Source of the DNA: Spirochaetia bacterium
Lineage (GTDB): Bacteria > Spirochaetota > Spirochaetia > CADAEX01
Assembly: GCA_963662795.1 (NCBI GenBank)
Contig: OY759746.1
Location: 2,944,001 to 3,008,000 of the forward strand
Reading direction: 5' to 3'
DNA: 64,000 bases
The position numbers and the translations under genes are program-made. Under the pieces are notes generated by a model, which saw only the letters and a program-made list of their open reading frames with translations, did no database searches and had not been told where the DNA came from. Shown here in pieces: positions 49,482 through 60,396 of this stretch (position 1 is its first letter; every line of letters starts with the position of its first letter).

Positions 49482-50514
49482 TTTGATCTTCCCTTTCTGT
49501 TTCCAGTTTTCTGCTTAGGCGCAGGAGTTTGTTTATATGTCTGTTCTTGAATGTTTTAAAGACAGGGAGGCTGATAATAAAGGATGTTCCCCTGTTTTTA
49601 CCGCCGCTTATTACAGATATTTTTCCGCCGTGATAGTCAATTATCTCCTTGACCCAGAACAATCCAATTCCTGTTCCCTTGACATTCGGGCTCTCCGGGT
49701 TGTTGAGGCGCATAAAACGCCTGAATATTTTTTTCTGGTCTTTTTTATCAATTCCAATACCGTTGTCGTGTATCTCTATATGAAAGTACCCTGCTGTTCT
49801 GCTCAGCTTTATATTAATTAAAGTTTCATTTATTGAGTATTTAAGCGCATTGTCAATTAAGTTATTAAAAACAATGTAAAGCCAGTTTTTATCGATTACA
49901 CACTGGCAGGAGGCGCTCCCTTCTATTTTAACTCTTTCTTCCGGCAGCTTAATGCTTTTAAGAGTACGCTTTAATACTTCCCTTATTATTGAATCAGCAT
50001 CGTAGATATGATAGTCGTGGACAAGTTTACTCGCGATTTTACTGTATTTCATTGTAGAGAGGTAAAGCACTGAACTTATCAGCTTGTTCAGCCTTTCGAC
50101 ATCGGAGAGCATTGTGTCGATAAAATCATTCTGTTTTTCCCTGTCCAGTTCCCGTTTCTGCATTGTTTCAAGAAACAGCTGTATGGATGAAAGAGGTGAT
50201 TTTAATTCATGGGTTACATTTGAGATGAAGTTGTCATACATGCTTGTTATATTCATCTGCCGTGCAAGATATGCAAAAATAAGGGAAAGAATTGTAGAAA
50301 GTGTTACAAGCAGTATAATGCCGCTTACAAGAACTGCCACGCTTCCGGCATTTCTTTCAGAGATTACTTCTGCCGCTTTGGTAAATGCCTCTGTTTTAAT
50401 ATAGGTTGTGACATACCAGAATATCCAGAGGCCGAGAAGAAGCAGCCAGGCAAACTGCGCAACTGAAAAGAGTAGAATATGATAGAATAGCGGCTTGTTC
50501 CTTGTCCTCCACAT
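49474..50514 (-). CDS. Sensor histidine kinase (HisKA)
   Basis: Two TM segments, THELKSPL, NLIDNALKY, DNGIG and GTGIGL. The start is uncertain (50514 or 50541). Confidence 0.9.
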   Translation of the reverse strand: MWRTRNKPLFYHILLFSVAQFAWLLLLGLWIFWYVTTYIKTEAFTKAAEVISERNAGSVAVLVSGIILLVTLSTILSLIFAYLARQMNITSMYDNFISNVTHELKSPLSSIQLFLETMQKRELDREKQNDFIDTMLSDVERLNKLISSVLYLSTMKYSKIASKLVHDYHIYDADSIIREVLKRTLKSIKLPEERVKIEGSASCQCVIDKNWLYIVFNNLIDNALKYSINETLINIKLSRTAGYFHIEIHDNGIGIDKKDQKKIFRRFMRLNNPESPNVKGTGIGLFWVKEIIDYHGGKISVISGGKNRGTSFIISLPVFKTFKNRHINKLLRLSRKLETEREDQNE

Positions 50515-50569
50515 GTGAATTACATTGTAAAACAGATTCAAATCAATGTGTATATCTTCATGTTAGGTC

Positions 50570-50588
50570 TTTTACATTTATTTTACAT
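50570..50588 (+). promoter_or_regulatory. Candidate OmpR/PhoB-type tandem binding site
   Basis: TTTTACAT repeated at 50570 and 50581 (11-bp period). Possible -10 TACTTT at 50609. Confidence 0.55.
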
Positions 50589-50668
50589 AATCATCCGTAA
50601 TGACAGGTTACTTTAAGCTGATTATTTGTATTAATAAAAACGCTTAAAATCTGATCTGGAGGATCGCA

Positions 50669-51769
50669 ATGAAATACAATGAAATGCCGGAACTTGTTAT
50701 AGGAGATATTGTTGCCAAAAAACCTGTAATTCAGGGAGGAATGGGTATCGGGGTATCCTTATCCCGCCTTGCCTCGGCAGTAGCCAATGAAGGCGGAATT
50801 GGAGTTATCTCTTCTGTCGGAATGAGTTTCCTTGATGAAGATAAAAAGAAAAGAAGCAAAGATGCAAATATACTGGCTATCCGTGAAGAGATACGCAAGG
50901 CAAGAAAAATGACTGACGGCGTATTGGGAATAAATATAATGCTTGCACTTACCGAGTTTGATGAAATATTAAAGGCATCTTTTGAAGAAGGTATAGATAT
51001 TGTGTTTATGGGAGCAGGTCTTCCTCTGAAACTCCCGAAAGAGATCACTCCCGAACTGCTTAAAAGCAGCAAAACAAAAACAGCAGTTATTGTTTCCTCG
51101 GACAGGGCTGCTAAAATAATCTTCCAGAACTGGGAGAAGTATTTTAACCATGTGCCTGATGCTGTTGTTGTGGAAGGGCCGCTTGCAGGTGGACACCTTG
51201 GTTTTAAAAAAGAGAATATTGAAAATCCGGATTATACACTTGAAAAAATATTCCCCGGTGTTATCGATGCTGTAAAATCATATGAACAGATTTTTTCAAA
51301 AAAAATACCTGTAATTGCCGCAGGAGGTATTTTCACAGGAGAAGACATTCATAAATTTATTGATATGGGAGCATCAGGAGTACAGATGGCAACAAGGTTT
51401 GTAGCGACTGACGAATGTGATGCGTCTGATGATTTCAAGAAATCTTATATAAACTCAAAACAGGAAGATATCATTATAATTAAAAGTCCTGTCGGGATGC
51501 CGGGGCGGGCAATAAGAAATACATTCCTTGATGAGGTTGAAGCGGGAAGAAAAAAGCCGTTTTACTGCCCGTGGAAATGTCTTAAAACCTGTAATTTCAA
51601 AGAGTCGCTTTATTGTATCGCGCAAGCGCTCGTAAGTGCTCAGAAGGGAATGCTTGCAGACGGTTTTGCTTTTGCCGGCGCTAACGCCTATAAAATCAGG
51701 GAGATTATTTCTGTGAAAAAACTGTTCAGCCTGCTTGAAAATGAATATTCACATTATAAACCGGCATGA
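50669..51769 (+). CDS. Nitronate monooxygenase/FabK-family flavoprotein with Fe-S tail (FabX/UfaA-like)
   Basis: QGGMGIGVS, VEGPLAGGHLG, AAGGI, VQMATRF and CPWKCLKTC...YCI. Confidence 0.85.
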   Translation: MKYNEMPELVIGDIVAKKPVIQGGMGIGVSLSRLASAVANEGGIGVISSVGMSFLDEDKKKRSKDANILAIREEIRKARKMTDGVLGINIMLALTEFDEILKASFEEGIDIVFMGAGLPLKLPKEITPELLKSSKTKTAVIVSSDRAAKIIFQNWEKYFNHVPDAVVVEGPLAGGHLGFKKENIENPDYTLEKIFPGVIDAVKSYEQIFSKKIPVIAAGGIFTGEDIHKFIDMGASGVQMATRFVATDECDASDDFKKSYINSKQEDIIIIKSPVGMPGRAIRNTFLDEVEAGRKKPFYCPWKCLKTCNFKESLYCIAQALVSAQKGMLADGFAFAGANAYKIREIISVKKLFSLLENEYSHYKPA

Positions 51770-51902
51770 TATCCGGCTGATTTTTCATTTAGCTGATATA
51801 TCTGAAATTTACTATATTGACACTCATTTATTCATTATATAATAATGCATCATTATACCTATAACGTATATGTATCAACAGGACAACGCCGTGGAGTATT
51901 AA

Positions 51903-54119
51903 ATGAGTAAAAAAATCAATAATAAAAGTATTAGAAACCAGCTTGTAATTCTGATTGCTCTTTCAATAATTGCAGTTTTTGCACTTAGCGGTTTTATTAT
52001 TTACACAATGATATTAAATAATGAAAAAAACGACGCAACTCTATATATGGAAACCCTTTCAAGGGAGAATGCAAATCTTGCTAACGCTGAGCTTGAAATT
52101 GCAATGATTGCAGCAAGATCTTTAGCCGATGTTTTAAGTGCATATGAATCTGTAAAACCTGAAAACCGCCGTGAAATATTTTCAGCTTTCGTTAAGCAGG
52201 TCCTGAATAATAATGCCAGCTTCCTGGGTGTATGGACATGCTGGGAACCTGATGCGCTTGACGGCCGCGATTTTGAGTTTAAAAATACTGTCGGTCATGA
52301 TGAAACAGGACGGTTTATCCCATATTGGTTTCGTGATGATTCAGGCAGGATTGAATATGAGCCCCTTAAATCATATACAGTTCCCGGTGACGGAGATTAC
52401 TACCTGCTTGCAAAAAACAGCGGTAATGAAATTATTACTGAACCTTACGAATACGAAGCCGGAGGTAAAAAGATTCTTCTGGCGAGTATGGCTGTTCCGG
52501 TAAAGGATAAGAATGGCCGGGTCATAGGCGTTGCCGGTATAGATATTTCCCTGGAATATCTGCAGGAAATGTTCTCCGGTGTAAAATTTTTCAAAACCGG
52601 TTTCGGCCGGCTCATATCAAACAAGGGAATTGTAGTAACCCATCCTGACAAAAGCAGAACAAACAAATTATGGGGAGAAGCTGCAAACAGTGATGGAAAA
52701 GATATTGAGGCAAGGATCGATAAAGGAGAAATATTTACAGGTATTTATTATTCAGAATCTCTTAAACAGTATGCTACGAAAAGCTATGTGCCGGTATTTG
52801 TAGGCAAATCAGTGACCCCATGGATTTTCGGCACAGTTGTACCGACCGATGAAATATTGGCTGAAGCGATGAGTATATTAAAAACAATAATTTTGATTTA
52901 TATTTTGGGCGTTGTCTCGATAATATCGGTTTTATGGCTGATAGCTACTTCCATTATTAATCCGCTTAAAAAAACTGCTTTTGCGTTAAATAATATAGCG
53001 CAGGGTGAAGGGGACATGACCCAGCGGCTTGTAGTTAAAACAAGGGATGAAATCGGGGAAATCTCTGAGAATTTCAATCTTACCATTCAAAAAATTGCGG
53101 CTATGCTTAAAAAGGTAAAAACTGAAACTGCGAACCTGAACGAAGTAGGTGAAGATCTTGCGTCAAACATGTCTGAAACAGCATCTGCCATTAATCAGAT
53201 TACTGCAAATATTACAGGAATAAAGAATCAGGCTGAAAATCAGGCTGCGGGTGTTATTGAGACACAGGCAACTGTTGAAGAGATCGTAAGCCACATTGAT
53301 AAACTCAACACACTCATTGAAAGCCAGTCGGCAAGTGTTATTGAATCGTCGTCAGCTATCGAGGAGATGGTTGCAAATGTCAAATCAGTTACTGCAATTC
53401 TGCAGAAAAATTCTGTATCGGTTGAAGATCTGCTGGCCGCGTCAGAGAAGGGGAAAACAGGTATTAGTGAAGTTACTGATTTAATAACAATTATATCGAA
53501 TGAATCCGAGGGGTTGATCGAGGCAGGTAATATTATTCAGAATATTGCAAGCCAGACTAACCTTCTATCAATGAATGCCGCTATTGAAGCAGCTCATGCG
53601 GGAGATTCAGGTAAGGGTTTTGCCGTTGTTGCAGATGAAATTCGAAAACTTGCAGAGACTGCAGGGTCTCAGGGCAAATCAATAACACAGGTTTTAAACA
53701 GCCTCAAAGGCTCTATTGACAGGGTTATTTTATCGACCGAGAGCGCGCAGACGCAGTTTGAAAGCGTTTTTGAATTAACCCAGATTGTAAAAAATCAGGA
53801 GACTGTAATAAAAAACGCAATGGACGAACAGAGTGAGGGCGGAATCCAGGTACTTGAAGCGATCAAAGAGATTAATGATATTACTGTCAAGGTTAAGGAT
53901 GGATCGGTTCAGATGCTTATAGGCAGCAGGGAAGTACTTGATGAGATGAAAAGACTTTCCGGTGTGACACAGGAGATAACAAACAGCATGAATGAGATGT
54001 CTGTTGGTACAGAAGAAATAAATATTGCCATAAATCAGGTAAACGAAATCACCCGGAAAAATATGGAAAGCATAAACACTCTTATGGGTGAAGTAGCCCG
54101 TTTTAAAATAGAAAATTAG
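51903..54119 (+). CDS. Methyl-accepting chemotaxis protein (Cache-HAMP-MA)
   Basis: TM, Cache (GRFIPYW, ITEPY, GVAGID), TM, HAMP, then [17 protein letters not shown]. Confidence 0.95.
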   Translation: MSKKINNKSIRNQLVILIALSIIAVFALSGFIIYTMILNNEKNDATLYMETLSRENANLANAELEIAMIAARSLADVLSAYESVKPENRREIFSAFVKQVLNNNASFLGVWTCWEPDALDGRDFEFKNTVGHDETGRFIPYWFRDDSGRIEYEPLKSYTVPGDGDYYLLAKNSGNEIITEPYEYEAGGKKILLASMAVPVKDKNGRVIGVAGIDISLEYLQEMFSGVKFFKTGFGRLISNKGIVVTHPDKSRTNKLWGEAANSDGKDIEARIDKGEIFTGIYYSESLKQYATKSYVPVFVGKSVTPWIFGTVVPTDEILAEAMSILKTIILIYILGVVSIISVLWLIATSIINPLKKTAFALNNIAQGEGDMTQRLVVKTRDEIGEISENFNLTIQKIAAMLKKVKTETANLNEVGEDLASNMSETASAINQITANITGIKNQAENQAAGVIETQATVEEIVSHIDKLNTLIESQSASVIESSSAIEEMVANVKSVTAILQKNSVSVEDLLAASEKGKTGISEVTDLITIISNESEGLIEAGNIIQNIASQTNLLSMNAAIEAAHAGDSGKGFAVVADEIRKLAETAGSQGKSITQVLNSLKGSIDRVILSTESAQTQFESVFELTQIVKNQETVIKNAMDEQSEGGIQVLEAIKEINDITVKVKDGSVQMLIGSREVLDEMKRLSGVTQEITNSMNEMSVGTEEINIAINQVNEITRKNMESINTLMGEVARFKIEN

Positions 54120-54218
54120 CAGAAGTTTTTTATAGGCAGATCGGCAGGCAGTTTTTTGTATTCCTCATGAAGGAATCACGGTACCATCGGAAATCCGATG
54201 GTATAATTCAATTTCATC

Positions 54219-54255
54219 AAAAAAAAAGGAGTAATTTAAAATATTAAATTACTCC
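54219..54255 (-). terminator. Rho-independent terminator of the small ORF
   Basis: 12-bp perfect stem GGAGTAATTTAA/TTAAATTACTCC followed by a T-run on the minus strand. Confidence 0.7.
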
Positions 54256-54324
54256 GATGACAAACAGCAGAACTGCAATACATAATAATCCGAACATGCT
54301 CATATAAACATTAATTTTTGCCAT
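54244..54324 (-). CDS. 26-aa hydrophobic small protein (absent from the ORF track)
   Basis: AAGGAGG RBS, then MAKINVYMSMFGLLCIAVLLFVIGVI*, with its own terminator. Confidence 0.65.
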   Translation of the reverse strand: MAKINVYMSMFGLLCIAVLLFVIGVI

Positions 54325-54445
54325 ATTTTCCTCCTTTATTTAAATACACTTTACTATAATCAGGAATTGTTAAAATATTATTTAATTTTTGTTATTATTG
54401 CATTAAATAGTGATTTTTTTGTTCTTTTTTGCGGATAATTCACTT

Positions 54446-54895
54446 CTATATATAACCGGAATTGTAATCATCTGCAAGGTTTTGCAGAGTTATGCTATCC
54501 ATATAGTTGTTAATCAGGGTGTTCAGGTTTTTCCAGAAGGTATATGTTCCGCAGTTTTTAGTCTGATAACCTGAACCTGAAGGTGCTTCTTCTTTGTCTC
54601 CTGCTTTTTTACATCCGGTGCATTGCACCGTTTCCATCGGCCCTTCAAGGGAACGGAGAATCTCACCGGCTGTTATCTTATCAGCAGAGCTGATTATTTC
54701 GAATCCGCCGTATGCTCCACGTACAGCTCTTAAAAGACCTGCTTTCCTGAGGCTTGAAAACACCTGTTCAAGATATGCTTCAGAGATATTCTGTCTTTCT
54801 GCAATTGATTTTATACTGACAGGTTTTCCGCTGCTGTTAAGTACAATATCTACCATTGCCCGCAGACCATATCTTCCCTTTGTCGATATTTTCAA
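54446..54895 (-). CDS. Rrf2-family regulator (CymR/IscR-like)
   Basis: MKISTKGRYGLRAM, YLEQ, SLRKAGL, RGAYGG and three C-terminal Cys. Confidence 0.92.
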   Translation of the reverse strand: MKISTKGRYGLRAMVDIVLNSSGKPVSIKSIAERQNISEAYLEQVFSSLRKAGLLRAVRGAYGGFEIISSADKITAGEILRSLEGPMETVQCTGCKKAGDKEEAPSGSGYQTKNCGTYTFWKNLNTLINNYMDSITLQNLADDYNSGYI

Positions 54896-54912
54896 TGTAA
54901 TTACCTTTTTCC

Positions 54913-55830
54913 CTAGTTGATATCGCTGAGATTATATGGTGTTTCCTGGTAAACATAGTAGTTCAGCCAGTTTGAAAACAGAAGATTTGCCTGGCTTCTC
55001 CATCTTACAACAGGAGTTAAATCAGGGTTGTCATCAGGGTAGTAATTTTTAGGTACTGCAATTTTTAATCCTTTTGCAATATCCCTGTCATATTCAGCTT
55101 TAAGTGTAAGAGGATCATACTCGGCATGCCCTGTAACAAAAATATCCCGCCCGTTTTTCGATGCGGCAATATAAATTCCCGCTTCATCAGATTCAGCAAG
55201 TATTTCAAGCTCTTCTGTTTTTTCAATATCCTCCCTTCTTACTTCAGTATGCCGTGAATGAGGAGCAAAAAAAACATCATCAAAACCTCTCAGCAGTTTG
55301 GTATGCTTAATATTAACATTGTGTCTGAATACTCCAAACATTTTGTTTTCAAGAGGGTATTTCGGGATATTGTAGTGATAAAAAAGGCCTGCCTGCGCAG
55401 CCCAGCATATATGAAGTGTTGAAAATACATTGTGTTTTGTCCATTCCATTACCTCTTTCAGCTCATTCCAGTATTCAACTTCTTCGAAATCAAGCTGCTC
55501 AACAGGGGCTCCTGTAATTATCATGCCGTCAAGTTTCTCATGTTTGATTTCACCAAAGGTTTTATAGAATTCATTCAGGTGATCGGATGAGGTATTTTTG
55601 CTTTGGTAAGACTCTGTCTGAAGAAGAACAGCTTCTATCTGAAGAGGTGTGTTTCCAAGCAGTCTCATCAGCTGGGTCTCTGTAGTAATTTTTGTGGGCA
55701 TTAGATTCAGAATACCTATTTTGAGAGGACGGATATCCTGGTGGGAAGCCCTGTCTTCCGTCATTATAAAGATATTTTCCCTGTTTAATATTTCCCGTGC
55801 AGGCAGATTGTCAGGTATTTTAATAGGCAT
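54913..55830 (-). CDS. metA: Homoserine O-acyltransferase MetA family (probably acetyl-CoA-specific)
   Basis: MPIKIP, LNLMP, TGAPVE, ICWAAQA and TGHAEY. Confidence 0.95.
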   Translation of the reverse strand: MPIKIPDNLPAREILNRENIFIMTEDRASHQDIRPLKIGILNLMPTKITTETQLMRLLGNTPLQIEAVLLQTESYQSKNTSSDHLNEFYKTFGEIKHEKLDGMIITGAPVEQLDFEEVEYWNELKEVMEWTKHNVFSTLHICWAAQAGLFYHYNIPKYPLENKMFGVFRHNVNIKHTKLLRGFDDVFFAPHSRHTEVRREDIEKTEELEILAESDEAGIYIAASKNGRDIFVTGHAEYDPLTLKAEYDRDIAKGLKIAVPKNYYPDDNPDLTPVVRWRSQANLLFSNWLNYYVYQETPYNLSDIN

Positions 55831-55874
55831 ATTTAACCCCTTTTTGCATTTACTATTGTTGAAATATCATGATA

Positions 55875-55907
55875 AACATAAGTAATATGATCAGAATAGT
55901 CAAGATT
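55875..55907 (-). promoter_or_regulatory. metA promoter overlapped by an IscR/CymR-like operator
   Basis: Minus-strand TTGACT-17-TATGTT. Imperfect palindrome AATCTTGACTATTCTGATCATATT. Confidence 0.55.
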
Positions 55908-56096
55908 AAGTAACTTACAGTTCAATGTTCATAATTGGGTATCGTAATAAAACTGTTTTTGTGTTATTATCCTGCAGGTCTCACAGGCGCAGTCTGCAGG
56001 CTGCCGGCATCAGATTTGCAGGATTCAAACACTGCATTGCCGGCAATGGTGAAGCGCCGCTTTCTTTTCCGCAAAAACTACTTCCGGGAGAAAAAA

Positions 56097-57530
56097 TTGA
56101 AAAAAATATTTTCCTTATGCACTTACCTTTTTCTTATAATGGTGATTATTTCACCGTTTCTCCTGTCATGTGCAAACAGGAACGAAAAGTTTATAGAAGA
56201 ATTTAACGCTGTCATGACAGACAACAAGGGTGAAGCACTTATTCCCGCCCTCGAAGAACTTGACAATAAATATCCCGACCGCCTTAGGACAAAAATAAAT
56301 CTTGCTGCATCCTATCTTGATATGGGAGAGGAGGAGAAGGCAGTTGCCATTCTGGATAAAGGGCTTTCGGCTGCGGAAAAAAGTAAAAACGGGGAGGAAA
56401 AGTATATTTTTTATGCAAATTACGCAGAATATATGCTTCAGAAAGAGAAATACAGTGAATGTATAGAATACGGACAAAAAGCGCTTGAAAGCGGAGAGGC
56501 TGATTCGCTTGGAGCTTCCCTCAGCCTGGCACAGGCTTTTGCCGCGGAAAAAAAATACAGCGACTCACTGAATTATTTCAGGAATACCTGGAAAAATGAT
56601 GTCAACCTTTTTTCCGAAAATGACCTTGTTACATTCATCTCGCTGCTTGGTGTTTCGCAGAACGGAGAGGAAGACCTTGTTTTAATTATTTCACTTATTG
56701 ATGAAATGAGAGTGAGAAAACCGGATTTGCAGGGATCAGGGATAAAACAGGCTGAAATACTTGAACAGGCCGGAGCACCGTTATCTGCTCTTGTTGCGGC
56801 TTTCTCGGAGCTTGAAAGGTCGCTGTATGACGGTTCAATGTCAAGAGAGCAGGTAATCCAGACAATTGAGTTCCTCAAGACAAATATCAACGCAAATGAG
56901 TCGGAAGAAAAAGCAGAATCCATGAAAATGGCAGAAGGCTATAAATATTTCACTCTTGGACAATGGGGGCTTGCGGAATCTGTTTTTGCAGAGCTTAAGA
57001 CGGAAATTCCTATCGTTTTTTACAGTTATCTCAGGCTTTCGTCCATGCTTCAGACCGGTCTTGGCACAGATGAACTTCTTTCACAATACGCAGCTATTGA
57101 AAGGAATTTCACCGGAATCCAGGGATATTATTACCATTTCTGGAACGGGATGAAAAAAGGATCAGGAACTTATGATGCAGCATCAGCTTCAAATGTGCTT
57201 AAAAACTGTATTTTAACTGCGCCGCTTTCTCCTTATGCGCTTGAATCAAGACTGGAACTCGGAAGCCTTAACGGTATTAAAAACGGGCAGGACCTCCTAC
57301 TTATTGAAGAGGTATTTTATTATCTAAACAGTGTAATGGAAGGAGCTTCTCCTGAAATTCTTGAACCAGCCGCAGTGATGCTTGAAATGGAAGATAACGT
57401 ATTTATAAATGATGCCATGCTTCTGCTGAAGGAAGCATTCAAGGAAGAGAAAATTTCCCAATGGTTTACCGCCAGGGCGGAAAAAGGCAACGTAAAACTG
57501 AAAGAAAGGATTTTATCCCTGAATTCCTGA
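56097..57530 (+). CDS. TPR-like helical lipoprotein
   Basis: GGAG then TTG at 56097, lipobox FLLSC, and TPR-like segments (INLAASYLDMG, LSLAQAFAAEKKY). Confidence 0.75.
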   Translation: MKKIFSLCTYLFLIMVIISPFLLSCANRNEKFIEEFNAVMTDNKGEALIPALEELDNKYPDRLRTKINLAASYLDMGEEEKAVAILDKGLSAAEKSKNGEEKYIFYANYAEYMLQKEKYSECIEYGQKALESGEADSLGASLSLAQAFAAEKKYSDSLNYFRNTWKNDVNLFSENDLVTFISLLGVSQNGEEDLVLIISLIDEMRVRKPDLQGSGIKQAEILEQAGAPLSALVAAFSELERSLYDGSMSREQVIQTIEFLKTNINANESEEKAESMKMAEGYKYFTLGQWGLAESVFAELKTEIPIVFYSYLRLSSMLQTGLGTDELLSQYAAIERNFTGIQGYYYHFWNGMKKGSGTYDAASASNVLKNCILTAPLSPYALESRLELGSLNGIKNGQDLLLIEEVFYYLNSVMEGASPEILEPAAVMLEMEDNVFINDAMLLLKEAFKEEKISQWFTARAEKGNVKLKERILSLNS

Positions 57531-57558
57531 TATTTATCCGGAGCTTTGTTATTGTCGC

Positions 57559-60396
57559 TTACCGGGCATTACCTCCTGCGCTTCCGGCACAGGAGGTACA
57601 GGATGCGGCACAGATGGGCAGAAACAACAGCGAACCAGCTATCCCTGCGGACAATGTTACTGAAAGCGGCAGGAAAAAATTACCTTCAGCGCATCCTGCG
57701 GCGGCAAGGGGCAGAGTGCTGAGCAGTGTTGTTGCTGAAGCCATCAATACAGGTTTACAGACATCTGACAGTTTCTCTGAAATTTGACAAGGCGACAGCA
57801 ATTGGCCGTTTCCCTGTATATTTGATGGCGGCAGAAGTATTATCATGTTGTTTACTGAAATTCCCGCAGTAAGCAGAAGCCCTGAAAATGAGATTATTGA
57901 AAAAGGAATATTTAATAATTTTAAAATTATCAGCGGAATAAAAAGGGATGATGGTATCTGAAATATTATTAATGCAGGGATATAATACGATTCAAAATAA
58001 ACCGCAAGCACAATATAGATGAATAATAACGATGCACCCGCAAGATGAAATAATTCTTTACCGCTGTTTTTAAGCTTTTTATATTCACTTCCTGCATCAG
58101 CCCTGTATCCCTCTTGAAATACAGTGTCCTGCAATATTTTATCAATGTCTTTTTTCCGCCCGTTTTTTACCGATATTGAAAGACATCTCTGTCTGTTTTT
58201 ATGGTATATCCTTCCGGGAGCCTCATCTTTTACACAGGATGCGATATTTTTTATCTGAATGATATTTCCGCTTCTGTTTTTCAGCGACATCTCCATTATA
58301 TCTTCAATTCCCATGTTCCCTGAACATGAAATACCGAATCTTATATCTGTTTCAGTTCCATCTTCATAATATTTTGATATTACAGGAGAGGTGAGAGACA
58401 TATAGAGGTAATCGAATACTTCTTCCGGAGTAATAGATAATAATGAACACTTTGCGGTATCAAGTATAATGCTGCAAACCGGTACCGGAGACTTGAAGTG
58501 ATAAATGATTTCACTATCAGGATTGCCGCATTTTATGATTTCAGCCAGAGTTTCTGCTGCAGATGCAGTCCCGGGTAAATCCTTTCCATATATGTCTATA
58601 TCATAGCTGTTTCTGATTTCAGGACTGCCGGGGAAATAGCAGTAGGCAGAATTAATCTTTCCGCTGAGCTTCAGAATCCTTTTTTTTACCTGTTCCCTGT
58701 CTCTGTATGAGTTTAATTTAATATCGAATCCTGCCTTTCCTCTCTCGTACCTTGAAGTTACATCCATACAATTTAAATTCAGCAGTTCCATTTCCAGTTC
58801 AGAGGCAGTATTTTTTATGTGGCGGAAGTTAATACCGCTTTCATATTCCAGTATAAATGAAAGGTTTTTTCCTTCATCACGGCTGAAAAAGATAAAATCA
58901 TGATTTTTTACTATCAGAAAATCCATTGCAGATATAATAATAAACAGCGGGATGATATATTTTTTATGACTGCATGCAAAAAAAACAGCTTCTTTAATGA
59001 TTTTGTTATGAATATCTTTTTTCCCCCTGTTAACAGGAATGCTGTTTTTTTCGGGCAAAAAGGAAGGCATAAAAATAAAGGTAAATACAAGTGAACCTGA
59101 AAGCCCTGCCGCTATGGTGAGGGCAAGCGGCATAAACATATTTTTAATCCTTTCCTGTGTAAAAAAAAGAGGTAAAAATACAACCGCAGTTGTAAGTGCG
59201 GAAAATAATAAAGGGCTTAATAATTTCCGGCTTACGGAGCGTTTGCCGCCGCATGGTGATTTTTTATAGGTGTCAGTATATATAATTGCGTTATCAATTG
59301 ATAAGCCTGTACAGACAGCTATTCCCGCAAGGACTATAATATTGATTTCAAATCCGCTCATCACTGCAGCAGACGCAGCAGTTACAGCGGAAAAAACCGG
59401 ATTAGCCGACGCAAGCATAGACAATTTTAAATCTCCGATAAAAATGAATGTTGTCAAAATGACAAATACTATTCCGGAAAATACTGATACTGCAGTTTCA
59501 GAAAGGGCTTTTTCTATTTCTCTTCCCCTGCTGAATACAACTGTTCCTCCTGTCTGATGTGTCTTTTTTTCAAGCGCCCTGCATAATTTAATTGTGTTTG
59601 CATTGTCTGCTTTCATGACATAGAGAATAAATGAATCCTTGCCGTTTATGCGACCTTCAGATTCAAAGCCTGCCGGCTGAAAAGCAACATCACCGGCATC
59701 TTTTATTCTCAAAGGGGGAATTATAATAATATCAGCAATATTTTTTTTTGATTTTATAAGACAGTCAACCTTGACAGGTATCATATTTCCGGGAGTAATT
59801 GTTCCTCCGCTGTTTGAGAAAGCAATTTCTGACCTGATGTCATCAGGCTTCAGGGATGTATTTATTAACGCTTCAGCATCGATCCTGATATCAAGTTCCA
59901 TGCTGTTCTCGCCTGCTGTTTCAATTTCACCGGCCCCTTCCATGGATTCAAATTCCCGTTTCAGATATTTTCCCCCTTTGAAAAGTTTTTTATCAAAAGA
60001 TGCCATAAAAACAGGAAAATCATTACCTGAGTTTCTTGAAAGGGCGGGACGCTGTATATTTTCAGGAAAAGAGGAATACACCCTGTTTACACAATCCCTT
60101 ACCGATATATATGCGCTGTCCATGCGGCATCTTTCCGTAAAATATAACCAGATTGTTCCTTTCTCCATTTCTGATACAGAAATGATATTTTCAATTGAAC
60201 CTATCAGAGACAGAGGCTCTTCGAGTCTTGAAACAAGTTCTTCCATTTCATTTTCAAATGCTCCCTTAAGTTCTGTTTTAACTGTTATAACTCTGGTATC
60301 GAATTCAGGTAAAAGACCAAGCCTCATATTCCGTAGAGAAGCAAGAAAAATGAAAGAAAGGATAAACAAAACAAAGAGAGCTCTCTTTTTACTCAT
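57559..60396 (-). CDS. Divergent RND (AcrB/AcrD/AcrF-family) permease
   Basis: GLLPEF, IDNAII, ALTTAVVFLPL, YFESY and SVNN. RND-like TM layout. Confidence 0.8.
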   Translation of the reverse strand: MSKKRALFVLFILSFIFLASLRNMRLGLLPEFDTRVITVKTELKGAFENEMEELVSRLEEPLSLIGSIENIISVSEMEKGTIWLYFTERCRMDSAYISVRDCVNRVYSSFPENIQRPALSRNSGNDFPVFMASFDKKLFKGGKYLKREFESMEGAGEIETAGENSMELDIRIDAEALINTSLKPDDIRSEIAFSNSGGTITPGNMIPVKVDCLIKSKKNIADIIIIPPLRIKDAGDVAFQPAGFESEGRINGKDSFILYVMKADNANTIKLCRALEKKTHQTGGTVVFSRGREIEKALSETAVSVFSGIVFVILTTFIFIGDLKLSMLASANPVFSAVTAASAAVMSGFEINIIVLAGIAVCTGLSIDNAIIYTDTYKKSPCGGKRSVSRKLLSPLLFSALTTAVVFLPLFFTQERIKNMFMPLALTIAAGLSGSLVFTFIFMPSFLPEKNSIPVNRGKKDIHNKIIKEAVFFACSHKKYIIPLFIIISAMDFLIVKNHDFIFFSRDEGKNLSFILEYESGINFRHIKNTASELEMELLNLNCMDVTSRYERGKAGFDIKLNSYRDREQVKKRILKLSGKINSAYCYFPGSPEIRNSYDIDIYGKDLPGTASAAETLAEIIKCGNPDSEIIYHFKSPVPVCSIILDTAKCSLLSITPEEVFDYLYMSLTSPVISKYYEDGTETDIRFGISCSGNMGIEDIMEMSLKNRSGNIIQIKNIASCVKDEAPGRIYHKNRQRCLSISVKNGRKKDIDKILQDTVFQEGYRADAGSEYKKLKNSGKELFHLAGASLLFIYIVLAVYFESYYIPALIIFQIPSSLFIPLIILKLLNIPFSIISFSGLLLTAGISVNNMIILLPPSNIQGNGQLLSPCQISEKLSDVCKPVLMASATTLLSTLPLAAAGCAEGNFFLPLSVTLSAGIAGSLLFLPICAASCTSCAGSAGGNAR

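Noticed and set aside
55960-56060. SAM-I riboswitch for metA
   Set aside because: The superficial TTATC...CGGCA match is on the wrong strand, lies upstream of the predicted promoter and lacks the conserved core.
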